A DNA stretch of 64,000 bases from Hydrurus foetidus (Eukaryota): NCBI GenBank assembly GCA_900617105.1, contig UYFQ01000685.1:124001-188000 (forward strand). The letters run 5' to 3'. Made by a program: the position numbers and the translations under genes. Below the pieces are notes generated by a model. That model did no database searches. It saw only the letters and a list, made by a program, of their open reading frames with translations, and was not told the DNA's origin. Positions 1 through 14,100 of this stretch are shown here, one piece after another. Numbering within the stretch: the stretch's first letter is position 1; the number at the start of each line of letters is the position of its first letter.

Positions 1-1546
1 CTCTCTCCACTGATTGACGCTCGAGTTGTTGATGCACATAACGATTGTAGACCGCTTTATCGTAGATGCAGCCGTTACACCCGTCAGTGATTTACCGGCA
101 CCACACGGTAACACAATTATACCGGATCTAGCACGGCCATTTCCGAACATTTTAGACAGGGATCTTTCTTGATACGGCTAAACATTCCGGATCATATTGT
201 GTTATTGATAGATAAAGGAAAAATTTAACAGATTAGAGTTATTCATAGTGGAGCTGTAATGCAAGAATAAAGATGAAACAGCTAGTACCAAAACAGAATA
301 AAATGTCCGGAATGCAACATAAAAACAGGTGAGCACAATTCAAATCACCATTTCCTCGTTGCACTTTATTTCACGGTAATATATTCAAGACAATTAAGTT
401 CAACCAGTTACATTCTGAAGTATGAAGTCATAAAGTCCAACCAGTTGTATTGAAGAAAGTAGGGTAACTTACTCGGATAGTGGTGGACGGTCTCAGGTCC
501 ATGGACAGAAGGGGATTCTTGTGGTCATTCCTGAAATCATATTCTTCCAATAACGGATATTTGCAATGTTCTTTTGCATATCTTTTCACTTCCTAAAAAC
601 AGAAGAACAGAACAGGACAGACGAAGAAAACAATTGAATATATTTGAAATTTAATGCTTCATCTAATTTCAAATTGCTAATAATGTTACACTAATTCATA
701 CTGTACTTCACCAATAACCTGAACTAAAGTTTGAGCCACCATAAACGAAACGGTTTTCAAGCTGTCCCTTCCGTCCAGATTTCCGATGAGCTCGTCATCA
801 TCATCTTCATCCATGTCCACATCAAGTTTCGTATAGTCTAAATTCCTCCTATCTTCTTGCAATACTGAAGATTCTAAAAATGCATCTTTTGACCTGTCAT
901 CGAATACTCTTGCTGCTTGAATGGAAGGATGTTTCAGCAATTCTCTGAGAACATCAGAATATTGAGATTCAACGTAGAAATTGTTATCTTTCAGGACTAA
1001 TTTCGCTTTGCCGAATGTGTAGGTACAATCTCGAATATATTTGACGACCTCGACAGGAATTTGAGTTTTGCACAGAATGTTCAGAACTTTTATGATTGAT
1101 TCAGTTGACCATGATACTGCCACAGCAGCATACAAACTATCCTCAGTTAGTCGGTAAGATTGGATGAATTCAGGCCGCGCTTCTGGTTCAGCAATATCGA
1201 TCAGAAAATCATATGCTTGAGTATAATATGGCGAAAAAGCTTCAAGGATAATAAGATTATCCTTCGTGACCCAAATAGGCCTCTTCTCATGATCATCCTT
1301 TAATGATAGAATATTGGAATAATCCTGAAAGCCGACAACTCCATCGTTGAGATCATCACCAGCTCTTCTGACTACGGCACCGTTCTTCTTCGTTACTGCG
1401 ACTTTCTTCCTTCCCCTTCCTTTCACTTTCTCCGGTGATAGCTTGTAGTCTTCATCATCCTCATCATCTATATATCTGGTATTGTGGACATAATCTTCGT
1501 CGTCGTCGTCCTTCACTGACGCTTTTCCAGATCTCTTCGGAGGCAT
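1..1546 (-). CDS. XPB: TFIIH helicase XPB (ERCC3/Ssl2), 5' part; exons ~1546-719, 592-473, 177-<1, continues off the window
   Basis: ORF has the XPB N-terminal domain ([40 protein letters not shown]). Spliced exons give [12 protein letters not shown] and [33 protein letters not shown] (helicase motif I). GT-AG introns. Confidence 0.96.
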
Positions 1547-2688
1547 GGCTGGAAAGAAATGCTTTTTCTCTGATTCCGAGAGAATTCCATGCGTAGATCA
1601 AGAGATGATGACTGATGACCAAAGCAACACAGCATCAAACTTCGAGATAATATCTGTTGTACTCGGTACTGTATGCGCGTGCTGCGTGCGTACGTTAATA
1701 TGGTTTATACTTTATACAGTGCCTTTTTTTACGTAGGCAGATATTAAAAATATTTACTTGAAAAAGAGGAAAGCAACACTTTCGCAACATAGGACTGACT
1801 CAGATTGCATAGGATTTAGATGATGCACAAGGTACATGCTACACGGCGATGGGAATTTTTCACTTTCTTCGATTTTGATGCTTGTAATGATTACTTACTG
1901 ATAATGGATAATAGGTAATCGTACGAACATGTTTCATGGAGTTGGATTCAACTTATGGGTCTTTATCTAAAAAGTTAATCGAAAACTTGGAAGGCATCCA
2001 GATACTAATGTCCCAAAAGGAACTCACACAATTTGTACAACACAGTGGAGAGTGTCTCAAAATGATAAAATAACTATGAAATGAAGGGAACAGTGATATG
2101 ATTCTGTCGATATTTTACCGTTCGAGGTTCCGTCTTTCAACGGTATTTGAAATTCATAGGAATTTTACAGTAGCTTGTGATGAAGTGAATGCCGAAGATA
2201 AATGATGATGACATCTCAATCTGAAGTACATCGTGGCAGCAAATATATGCCCATCTTCAACTCGAGCTGACGTGGAATCCGGAATATGTGATGGTTGACC
2301 CAATATTTTGTGGGAGACGTTGAGGGAAACTACAACTACTTCCTTCTTCCTTCCGAAACAGGGGGAGGAAGACCCAGCCAGACCCCGGATCCTAGACCCT
2401 GGACCGTTCTCTTATCAGCTTTCGAAAAGAAAAACAAGGGAGGGTTCGATGTTGATTTTGTTCTCGCCGCACTCCCTCAAACCTTTTCATTCTCCGTTGC
2501 TGGAAACTTCAATAGTCTATCTGCGTACTCGTGCTACTGCACAGGTTACTGCTGGACTCACTTTGGGCAGCGACCAATGTTCAACTTCAGTTGAATCAGA
2601 TTCAGTAACGTCATATGATTTCACATCGTAATTGCATTGCAGTTACCTAAGATCTGAGAAAGCTACCACCGTCGATACAAATCTCATC

Positions 2689-3948
2689 ATGATGCTAAAT
2701 GTGCTTGATTGGCTGACATGTAAATGTCGGCTCAGCGTCACCATCAGTATTTTGTTTCTGCTGTCTTCAAGATGCAGCGGATTCTCAACTAATTCACGAG
2801 TCATGAAGCCCATGAGATTAGTTTCTAGGAACAGACTCGAAATGTCAACGGCCGCCATAGCGGTATCCTATCCTCCAATCCCTGAGCTCAGAGCTCCAAA
2901 AGATTTATTCAATAATGTCGTCAATATCGGTGCTACCAAAGCCAAACTGGGTTCGCTAAAAACATTCCTCCTAGGAATCAAAAGTGGTTGCCACATATCT
3001 TTTGGTAAGTTAGATGCATTCCTTCAGTAGATTGACATAAGCAATAGTTTCACGAGATCAAACTGTGTGTCATTGACTCTTTAAAGTTATGATCATTTAA
3101 TGAATTTACCCATGGCATCTTCCTGAAACTAGGCGGACTTCTTATGCTTTCTGTAAGTGGTCTCTGTCCAGGTCTTCAAGCTTCAAACAATCCTGGATTG
3201 TACAAAATTGTGTCAGGCTGCTTCGGACTTCCATTAGGTGATGAAATCAATCATCCTCTTCATGTCGTGTTTCTGTACCGTTCACCGTCAATTACATATG
3301 GTCTGCAGGTCTCATGATGACTCTCGTCTGTGGAGGAGAACTCTTCACCGGCAACACATGCTTCTTAGCTGCTGCGGTAGCTGAGAAAAGAGCAACTCTG
3401 CCGGAGCTTATCAAGAATTGGATCTTATCGTACGCTGGAAATACTCTTGGCGCAGTATTGATGGTGAGTTTTGTTTTAGAAATGACGGTAGACGTTGAGA
3501 AAGATATCTAAGAATTCCAATCTGCTTACAGGCCTGGGTCGCCTACAACGGAGGAACTCTCGGTGACGCTCCTGCATCGGTTCAAATCGCTATCGCAAAA
3601 TGCTCACTGCCATGGAGAACAGCATTCCTCCGAGCTGTCATGGGCAATTGGATTGTGTGCATGTCCATTCTGATGGCGACTGGATCAAGCTCCTTGGCGA
3701 GCAAGATGGTAGCGATCTTCTTCCCCATCTCCGCGTTCGTCATGTTGGGTCTGGAACACTCCATAGCCAATTTGTTTTTAGTTCCTTTGGGCATTATGCG
3801 TGGAGGAAAAGTGACGATCATGGAATTCTTCTGGAAAAATCTGTTACCCGTCACTCTCGGCAATATTGTTGGAGGTGCGATATGCGTTGCACTTTCTTAC
3901 TCGTGCATACATGGCTCATTCCTTGATAAAGAAATTCAACAGAAATGA
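2689..3948 (+). CDS. Formate/nitrite transporter (FNT, NAR1-like), 4 exons, probable plastid-targeting leader
   Basis: Exons ~2689-3004, 3133-3238, 3309-3463, 3532-3948 give GLPLGLMMTLVCGGELFTGN, GNWIVC, FVMLGLEHSIANLF and NLLPVTLGNIVGG, all FNT signatures. A hydrophobic leader ends ..CSG-F and is followed by an S/R-rich stretch. Confidence 0.93.
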
Positions 3949-4144
3949 GGCAAATAATTTAACGAAATGCAGTGTACACTTTTAGATTCATTAATGTTAC
4001 TGTAATAAATGTAGACATCTAGATTAATCACAACTTCAAGTGTAGTTCTCGGATTCAAATTTTCTCTGTACTTCTTATTATAATAATAGCAGCATTTTAT
4101 ATATGTGCATTTATTGAAGAAACCATGTAAAGATAAGCTTAAAT

Positions 4145-4768
4145 CTAGACTTTTGGCGTCAAATTGGGCGTACGCAAATATTCTTCGAGCTTTGTTGTGA
4201 AAAGAGGACAATTGAAAGGCTCGTCTGGATTGTATTTGAATAGGGGATTCTTCACAACGTAATCAACGAACAAATGCGAATATATGTACTGCAGCGCTTG
4301 GTACATATCTGCATTGAATTCAGAGCGATTGAGACGATTGATATGTCATCATCTTTCTAGTTTACGTTGGAGAGGTTTCTCACTTAAGGAACAAAGAAAG
4401 CATACTTACCCTGAATTTCGGGCGCTGTGTTGAGGACAAACATCATACCAGTGAGGCTTTCAAAATGATGCAGCGTAAAGGTATTGGTCTTTACAGTATG
4501 TAATCCATCGATTCCAGGAGTCGGTGACAATTTCGAGGACACGTCCTTTAAAGAGAAGAGCATTCCAAACCTGGTTGGCCAGAGACGACATGATCGGATT
4601 CATCAATATGATCAACACTGTGATTAAGCGATGTGATTTTTTCTTCGTGCAGTACATTAGTCTTTTCTCCTCTGCTGCATCGTCGCTCAGTGTGTTCAGA
4701 GGTCGATTCCATTCCTTGTAGTAAAGGCATTTCCCGCGACGATTATAGATGTAAAAATTGAAAAGCAT
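4145..4768 (-). CDS. TRAPPC1: TRAPP complex subunit 1 (Bet5, sybindin family), 3 exons
   Basis: Spliced translation MLFNFYIYNRRGKCLYYKEWNR..EEKRLMFGMLFSLK..TNTFTLHHFESLTGMMFVLNT..YIYSHLFVDYVVKNPL..FTTKLEEYL matches the Bet5 pattern. Confidence 0.9.
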
Positions 4769-5110
4769 AATGCAAAACTGGACGAACAAATTGAGAGTTT
4801 CTCGAGAGTGTTTCTTTTGTGGGACTATCAGCACGTTTCAATTAGCGCAGTATAAATCAACCAAGAGAGTAGCAGTCAGATACTGAGAAGGGAGTAGACA
4901 GTAGACAGTAGACAGTGTTTTACTCGCAGTATTCCATCAAAATTAGGGCTAAAAAAGGCCAGAGTTCCGGAGTTTGTTTTCCGCATCATTTTATTTACAG
5001 TGAAGAATTGATGTTATGTATGCTCTTGATTTTAAAATTAGTAGATCGCGGGTCATTCTCTATTGCATTGGAGTCTGCGAATATTTGTGAAGGAAATTAT
5101 AAATCGGTTT

Positions 5111-6025
5111 CTATAAGGGTCCTGTTGCAACCAAGAACTTGTCGGCATATGCCGCACAGATAGTTGCAAGGGCCACTAGAGGGGACACTGGATCTCTAAA
5201 ATCCAACACATACTCGGAGTCCGTAATCTAGAGGTACGATCAAAAAAAGCCGTCGTGTGAGAGAGTTCTTTGAAATTTTGAAACAATCATATAAAATTTA
5301 CCTTTCCGTGCCTCACACAGATACCATTAGCGGCATCAAATGTCGCGGTATCTCGCACTGCATTCATAGCCTCTGTCGCCTCATCAGTGTGCGGTGCAGA
5401 TCGCACTACGATGAAGTTGCGGTTTGATGCCTTCTTCACTCGACACCCAAAATTGTGGACATAAGTGTTAATCTCACTATTCCACAGCGGTCGTCGCGTG
5501 TGAAGAACGCAGTCCCCGCAAGTGTCTTTTGAGTAAAATGATGACGAATTTGAGTAGTCCTCAGTGTAAATGCTGAGCGTAAATTCTATCGGCAGCCGGA
5601 CAAAGGATGGACTGAAACTGATAAAAAAAGGGAAATTATGAAATATGCACCGCATTTTTTTTCTCCTTTGATATCACCACATACCTTATTCGACCAATAA
5701 TGCGTGCGTTATCATTGTAAAGAGAGAATAGCAACCCGAGGTAGTTTCTCTTCAGAATTCCCAAAAAAGAGGACGAATAGTTGGATGTGGGAATTTCTTT
5801 CAGCTCCCTATTGTGCGTACCCCTCAAAGTTGTGAAAATGAAATCGCCTTTAGAATCATTATCTGATACGCAGCCCAAAAGAAACACTCCCGACTTCAGG
5901 TCAAACAACTCGTATGATGTTGTTTTCGAAGTACTTCTGACAACTCGGCACAAATGCATGACATCTTTGTTCGCTACACTAAATTTCATTTTCTCTGAGG
6001 AAACTATCTCCTGAACTGAGAGCAT
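5111..6025 (-). CDS. Tubby C-terminal domain protein (spliced; true start uncertain)
   Basis: FLGILKRNYLGLLFSLY, PLWNSEINTYVHNFGCRVKKASNRNF, CVRHGK and last exon EYVLDFRDPVSPLVALATICAAYADKF (stop 5111) follow Tub-family motifs (NF.GRV..AS.KNF; D...PLS...AF). Confidence 0.8.
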
Positions 6026-6532
6026 AGCAACTCTCTTTTATTTTGTTGCCTCTCTGTAGATGGGGGCATTCAGGTCATCGAAAGCAAGCCTTTCCCAGCT
6101 AGAATTACTCCGGGAAACAACGCCTGAAAATTCACGGGAAAGTGTAGCGAAATGCGGACAGCGGCAACCGGTTGGTGTGACGTGACCCTCTCGACTTTGT
6201 GAGGAGAAAGTTCTCTTCTGGCAAACATTTGATGACAACATCATTATCTTATCTTCGAATATATCTGGGAAAGATAACCCAATCGTGATGCTCCCCACTA
6301 CTGCGAAATATCGCATCAGGCATTCGTATCCTGAAAGCTTTCTTCAACATCAGGATACGGGACCTACAGCAGCAATCTTTGAGCTCGCGAAATGACTAGC
6401 AGCAGGTATCTTTTCTCAACATCGGACTGTAGGAGTCAACGGATTACCATCGCTCTCATGAGTTTTTTGCCAGTGGAAGTTGTTTCCGCAACCAATCCCT
6501 AGGAGCTGCCGATCACAACCTCATAAAATCCA

Positions 6533-7387
6533 ATGCTACTGAAAACCTCGCTGGGTTACGACATCGACTGTATTATAGTTTCGTTCTGCGGAGCCAAAAG
6601 TCTCTGTAAGTTATCGTCGCTAAAAAAAGCACGTCCTATCGATGAAAGTGACGACATTCTCGAGCCTATTTGGAAGAAGCTGATAGAGAGACGATGGAGG
6701 GTTCGCGGCAACATATTGCGAGCTGTTGGAGCATCATCCTGGAAGGTGGCATACCAAATTATGACATTTAGACACAAAATCCCCCGCGGCATTTACACTG
6801 AAAAACATAACACTATCTTTGGATCCACCCACTCTATGGGATGCGAAGCATGGGTTCTTATAGGACATCGATCAAACACAAGCCTCCGCCGGAATGGTCT
6901 GGTGAATGATTTAACGAGTAACTATATCGAGCTGAGGGTATGTATTCAGAATGTTTGCAATGGACTGCTCTCAATCCCACTGGATCGGAAACAATTCGCG
7001 ATGATTTGCCGGACCGAAGAGGATCAATCCCTTCAAAAGATGTGTGTCAACCATGTTTCCATTTTGGGTGTGAACGGTCTTCGCAGAGAATCATCCTCCG
7101 AGACCGACTTTGATTTAAAATTAAGCCCCTTAGAATCAGCAGTCGTTTCAGTCCAAGTATGTTGTCCGCATGACATGGAGTTTGAAACAGATTTCCTTGC
7201 TCGAGCCGACAGCTTATCGATGAAATTGCACATCTGCACGCCGAACTTTCCTTTTCTTGTGAAGAAAGAGGTTGTACTGAAGGCAAAATTTGTCGACGAG
7301 GATACTGTCTGGGAAAGCTACGTGGAACTTCCTGGAAGAGTGATATTGCTGCGCAATGACTGCGGTGGTGACAGCAATATGATCTGA
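6533..7387 (+). CDS. Hypothetical protein, possibly F-box-like N-terminus
   Basis: 284-aa open frame; IVSFCGAKSLCKLS..IWKKLIERRW..SWKVAY resembles F-box and post-F-box helices. Confidence 0.55.
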   Translation: MLLKTSLGYDIDCIIVSFCGAKSLCKLSSLKKARPIDESDDILEPIWKKLIERRWRVRGNILRAVGASSWKVAYQIMTFRHKIPRGIYTEKHNTIFGSTHSMGCEAWVLIGHRSNTSLRRNGLVNDLTSNYIELRVCIQNVCNGLLSIPLDRKQFAMICRTEEDQSLQKMCVNHVSILGVNGLRRESSSETDFDLKLSPLESAVVSVQVCCPHDMEFETDFLARADSLSMKLHICTPNFPFLVKKEVVLKAKFVDEDTVWESYVELPGRVILLRNDCGGDSNMI

Positions 7388-8182
7388 AACTGCGCTAAAT
7401 GCCATCTGTTTCTTCTAGTCGTGAATTGGTATCACACTAACTAATCGGAAGTATCGGTATTTATTCCTCACAGCACAGTTCACTAGCACAGTCAGCCATG
7501 ACACCACACATTTGTTGTGAATCACATGCACCCAACACTTACAACTCACACACAATTTTCGAATGACGTTTGATATTGCCTGACAATCAACAGTTTGCCA
7601 GAGTTGCATGAAACGCCGACTGATCACATTCATTACATTTTAAGAGATAGTGCACATTGCTCGATGGCCGCAACTGCGATCGAGGATGATGTACAATAAA
7701 ATTGCTTTTGCTACGATATCTGTGATTTGTAATATCAAGAGAGTCTTTGAAATCCGCCACTTGAGTTTTTGTGTTCTCTCATTTGTAAAGTGCTGGTGTC
7801 TCTGAAGCATTGGTCGCCGTATTCGTCTAATACGACAGTATGTGAAATTATCCTGAGCATGATGCGCGGCAACTGCGTCAAGTAGAATCTGAAATGGTTT
7901 CGAGAACTTTCTTTACTGTCGTATCATTAGATTGGCATAGTTTCTCAGTACCGCGGCGGTGCAACAATTCCACGATGTGTGTCAGCCAAGCGGGCACTGT
8001 CGAGTTGAGGACCTAATTATACAACTATCTACTTACATGGAGAAAAAGATTGTCTGCCAAGAGCGTCGAAGTTGACTGTCATTGATTACTTCTTACGCGG
8101 GCAACCGCTGCTACTGCATTTTTTAGGGTGCCAAAATATCTCGGGTAAAAGTATACACATGGGGCTACCTACGATTAAGGTG

Positions 8183-11100
8183 TTAACGATCATAGCCTAG
8201 AATCGGACTGAGCCACCTCTCCATGTAGTCGAGGTCTTTGTTCTTGCGGACGGCGTAGTCCACGACCTGGTCCTTCGCAATCTGACCAACAGCGAAGTAC
8301 TGGGATTCCTTGTGGGCGAAGACAAGAGCAGACACCGAAGATGCCGGCATCATGGACAAAGACTCGGACAGCTCGATGCCTGTTTTCTCGTAGACATTCA
8401 TCAGATTCCACATGGTTGTTTTCTCCGTGTGATCGGGCTGACTGGGATATCCTGCAGCAGGTCGGATGCCTTGGTACTTGATCTTCAGAAGGTCTTCCTC
8501 AGACAGAGACTCGTCAGGTGCGTAGCCCCACAGAGTCGTTCTGATATCTTTGTGCACGGCTTCTGCAAAGGCCTCTACGAAGCGGTCAGCTAGGGCTTGC
8601 ACCATGATCTTGGAGTAGTCATCCTCTGCGGCTTGATGTCTCGCTGCCTCGGCGTCACAACCGAAGCACGACACAGCGAACATGCCGAGGTAGTCAGGCA
8701 CACCAGTCTCTTTTGGAGCGACGAAGTCGGCTTGACTGAAGTACTCAGCGTTGTCGGCATCTTTCTCAAGCTGTTGGCGAAGCATGCAGAATCGAGCTGA
8801 CACTTCGGTGCGGTTGTCGTCTGTGTACACCTCGACATCTTCGTAGCCGACGGTGTTGGCAGGGTAGAGACCCACCATGCCCTTGAGCTGGAGACTCTTG
8901 TTCTTCATAACGTCCGCCATCATGGCTAAGGCGTCGTCGTACAGCTTCTTTGCTTCTGCACCCACTTTCTCGTCATTGAAGATTTTAGGAAATCCTCTAT
9001 TAGGATATCTGCCTCTCAGCTCCCAAGTCTGGAAAAATGGATTCCAGTCAATAAAAGGCACAACTTCCTCAAGGGTCTTCGTGATAATATGCTCTCCTAG
9101 CTGTAAAGGCTTAGGGGCCGGAGGGCAATCAACGAAATCGATCTTCTTTCGACTCTTGGTGGCCTCAGACAAGGTAAGATAAACACGACTTTCAAGACTT
9201 GCGTAGTGGTCGGCTCTTAGCTCCTCATATTCTTCCATTAAACTCTCAACGAACTCAACCTAAAAAGGATCGCATTGATTGAGATCAGTTCAGAAACGAT
9301 GTCTGTTGAGAAGAAGAGTATTGATAATTACCTTGTTCTTGTTCAACAACGACGATACCACTGTGACTGATCTGCTTGCGTCCAGTACATGCACCACTGG
9401 ATGATCGGGTGAGAAGTACATGGGTGCTACTTTGACTGCGGTGTGCATCTTGGACGTAGTCGCACCGCCTATGAGTAGCGGCTGGGTCATGTTTCTCTTC
9501 TTCATCTCTTTCGCCACTGTAACCATCTCGTCTAGAGAGGGGGTGATCAATCCAGAGAGACCGATTACATCCACTTTCAAGCGCTGTGCCTCGTCCAAAA
9601 TCTTTTCGAATGGTACCATGACTCCCATGTCGTAGACTTTGAAGTTATTGCATCCCAGCACCACTGCGACAATGTTCTTTCCAATATCGTGCACATCACC
9701 TTTCACAGTGGCGATTAAGAATGTTCCTGCAAATGCTGATGTGTCGTTCTCATCAACAATGTCGGGATCCTTGCCCTCCGCTATCATTTGTGCTCTTTTT
9801 TCGGCGTCCATGAATGGCAGGAGATATGCCACCGCCTTCTTCATCACGCGCGCAGATTTGATGACCTGAGGTAAGAACATCTTACCACCGCCAAAGAGAT
9901 CTCCAACGATGTTCATTCCGCTCATCAGAGGACCCTCAATGACGTCTAGTGGCTTTTCAGCTGTCACTCTCGCCTCTTCGACATCTCTGTCGATGAACTC
10001 AGTGATACCGTTGATGAGCGCATGCGATAGCCTTTCATGACAGCCTCTATCACGCCATGAATCAACTTTCACAGCAACAGATCCAGGTACTATTCCCTTC
10101 TTAAGATTCTCAATATTTTCCTTTTCTCGCGTAGTAGCAGCGAGAATTCTGTCAGTTGCCTGCGGGTTTCTGTTGAAGACAAGATCCTCACATATTCCCA
10201 GGAGTTCTGAATCCACTTCGCTTATATGGAACATTTCGTGAGCGTTCACGATGCCCACGTCCATGCCAGAATCAAGAATTGCTGAGTTCAGGAAGACGGC
10301 GTGTATTGATTCTCTAATCTTATTAACCCCACGGAAGCCGAACGATAAATTAGATATGCCGCCACTGATCTTCACGTACGGACACTGCTCCTTGATCACT
10401 TTGCATGCGTCGATGAAATCCACAGCGTAGTCGACGTGCTCCTCCATGCCCGTACCGATTGTCAGCACGTTCGGGTCGAACACAATGTCTTCTGGAGGAA
10501 ACCGCACGACGTTCACTAAGATATCGTAGCTTCGCTTGCATATGCGAATCTTCTCGTCCTTCGTCGCTGCTTGACCGAGCTCGTCGAAGGCCATCACAAC
10601 TATCGCTGCGCCGTGCTTCTTCAGCAAAGTCGCGTGCTCAATAAATAGTGCCTCGCCGACCTTCAACGATATGCTGTTCACAATGGGTTTGCCCTGGCAC
10701 CACTTCAGACCAGCGAGCACGATCTCAAACTTGCTCGCGTCCAACATAAACGGTACTTTAGCCACCTCAGGTTCTGTCACGGCTATCTTCACAAACTTCT
10801 GCATGGCCATCAGCCCGTCCAACATGCCATCGTCGACGTTGATGTCGATCACATGGGCACCATCGGCGACCTGCTTCTTCGCTACATCCATCGCCTCCAT
10901 GTATTTGCCTGCGATGATCATTTTCTTGAATGCTATCGACCCTGAGATGTTGCACCGCTCCCCGACGTTCAAGAAAGGCATGCCCAGATGGTTCACGCAG
11001 TCATCGACCACCAAGTCTTCAAGACCTGACAGCCACATCTTTGGCCGACGTGTTGGAGGTAAAGGACGGGGCTGGTACTTATTCACTCTGATCATTTCTT

Positions 11101-14100
11101 TCATTGCCGCGATGTGTGCAGGTGTTGACCCGCAGCATCCTCCGACCATGTTCAGCCATTTGCTCTGAAAGAAAATCTCGTTGTACATCGCCATATCTGC
11201 TGGAGTGTCGTCATAACCGCCCATCGCATTCGGAAGACCCGCATTCGAGTACACGTGCACGAAGCACTCTGCACAGTCAGACAGACGCTTGACAAATGGA
11301 ACCATCTGCTGGGCGCCAAGAGCACAGTTCAGGCCGACACACATTGGCTTTGAGTGACGAATCGAAGCATAGAATGCCTCCGTTGTTTGTCCAGATAGTG
11401 TGCGTCCACTTAAGTCCACAAGCGTTCCCGATACAAATACTGGAACATCAACCTCAGCGCGCTCAAGATACTCCCCGATGGCGAACAACGCCGCCTTCGC
11501 GTTCAACGTGTCGAAGATTGTCTCCACTAGCAAGATATCGGCACCACCATCCATGAGACCGACGATCTGTTCAAAGTACGATTCCACAAGCTCGTCGAAG
11601 GTCACATTACGATGAGCTGGATCCTCTACACTGGGTGAGATCGATCCTGTTCTGTTCGTGGGACCAAGAGCGCCCACAACGAAGCGGGGCTGAGTAGGAT
11701 CCCCGGCTGTTATTTCGTCACACGCATCCCTCGCCAGACGGGCGCCAGCATAGTTCAGCTCATATGCAAGTGTCTCCATCTGGTAGTCTGCCTGAGCGAT
11801 CGTTGTTGAGCTGAATGTGTTCGTGCCGATGAGCCGAGATCCGCTGCGCAGATACTGTGTGTAGATGTCCTTAATGACTGCTGGCTGTGATAGCGTGAGT
11901 AAGTCGTTGTTGCCCTTCACCGAGCACGGCCAGACAGCGAAGCGTTCGCCACGGAACGCTGTTTCGTCGAGCCATCTGCTCTGTTTCTGGATCATAGTAC
12001 CCATGGCGCCGTCATACATTGTCAGATCGGTATTAAACATCTCGGTTATGTACTTGCGCACACTGTCACGACCACGAACGAAGTACGGATATCCCAGGGG
12101 TGTCGTCGATTCTGGCTCGTTCCAGTCTAAACGTAAGTCCTTCCATCCAGCCGCCTTGCCCGCAATTTCCGCGGAAGGCATCTTGCCAACTCGGCTTTCG
12201 ATGATGCTGCTGTGCGTGAGCTTGCTCCATGTGTACGATGCTGGTACTTTATTTTGCGCATAGTCGGATGTGGGTGCTGGTGGTTCAAGAGTCTCCTTGT
12301 CGGGTAGCTCGTCATACCAAAACTTCTTACGAGGTGATTTGACAACTACTCTAGGTTTTCTCCTCATTGGAAGCCCTTTCTTTTTCGCAACTGCTGCATC
12401 TTTCTCCCAGGTTGTTCGTTCAAGAATGTCGTCAGTTGCAGATGCACATTTGTTGAAGACTAGATTGTCACTGAGTGTGAACATGTCCGGCTCCAGATCT
12501 TCAAAGGCAATCATTTCGTGAGCGTTCACAATGCCCACGTCCATACCTGACTCAAGTGTGGCAGCGTTAAGGAAGACAGAATGAATGGATTCGCGGATGA
12601 TGTTCACCCCACGGAAGCCGAACGATAAATTAGATATGCCGCCACTGATCTTCACGTACGGACACTGCTCCTTGATCACTTTGCATGCGTCGATGAAATC
12701 CACAGCGTAGTCGACGTGCTCCTCCATGCCCGTACCGATTGTCAGCACGTTCGGGTCGAACACAATGTCTTCTGGAGGAAACCGCACGACGTTCACTAAG
12801 ATATCGTAGCTTCGCTTGCATATGCGAATCTTCTCGTCCTTCGTCGCTGCTTGACCGAGCTCGTCGAAGGCCATCACAACTATCGCTGCGCCGTGCTTCT
12901 TCAGCAAAGTCGCGTGCTCAATAAATAGTGCCTCGCCGACCTTCAACGATATGCTGTTCACAATGGGTTTGCCCTGGCACCACTTCAGACCAGCGAGCAC
13001 GATCTCAAACTTGCTCGCGTCCAACATAAACGGTACTTTAGCCACCTCAGGTTCTGTCACGGCTATCTTCACAAACTTCTGCATGGCCATCAGCCCGTCC
13101 AACATGCCATCGTCGACGTTGATGTCGATCACATGGGCACCATCGGCGACCTGCTTCTTCGCTACATCCATCGCCTCCATGTATTTGCCTGCGATGATCA
13201 TTTTCTTGAATGCTATCGACCCTGAGATGTTGCACCGCTCCCCGACGTTCAAGAAAGGCATGCCCAGATGGTTCACGCAGTCATCGACCACCAAGTCTTC
13301 AAGACCTGACAGCCACATCTTTGGCCGACGTGTTGGAGGTAAAGGACGGGGCTGGTACTTATTCACTCTGATCATTTCTTTCATTGCCGCGATGTGTGCA
13401 GGTGTTGACCCGCAGCATCCTCCGACCATGTTCAGCCATTTGCTCTGAAAGAAAATCTCGTTGTACATCGCCATATCTGCTGGAGTGTCGTCATAACCGC
13501 CCATCGCATTCGGAAGACCCGCATTCGAGTACACGTGCACGAAGCACTCTGCACAGTCAGACAGACGCTTGACAAATGGAACCATCTGCTGGGCGCCAAG
13601 AGCACAGTTCAGGCCGACACACATTGGCTTTGAGTGACGAATCGAAGCATAGAATGCCTCCGTTGTTTGTCCAGATAGTGTGCGTCCACTTAAGTCCACA
13701 AGCGTTCCCGATACAAATACTGGAACATCAACCTCAGCGCGCTCAAGATACTCCCCGATGGCGAACAACGCCGCCTTCGCGTTCAACGTGTCGAAGATTG
13801 TCTCCACTAGCAAGATATCGGCACCACCATCCATGAGACCGACGATCTGTTCAAAGTACGATTCCACAAGCTCGTCGAAGGTCACATTACGATGAGCTGG
13901 ATCCTCTACACTGGGTGAGATCGATCCTGTTCTGTTCGTGGGACCAAGAGCGCCCACAACGAAGCGGGGCTGAGTAGGATCCTCGGCTGTTATTTCGTCA
14001 CACGCATCCCTCGCCAGACGGGCGCCAGCATAGTTCAGCTCATATGCAAGTGTCTCCATCTGGTAGTCTGCCTGAGCGATCGTTGTTGAGCTGAATGTGT

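Noticed and set aside
1740..2630. Short ORFs between XPB and the FNT gene, possibly a decayed gene
   Set aside because: No recognisable motif or consistent exon chain.
4402..4412. ATACTTACC resembling the U1 snRNA 5' end
   Set aside because: It is the reverse complement of a TRAPPC1 splice donor.
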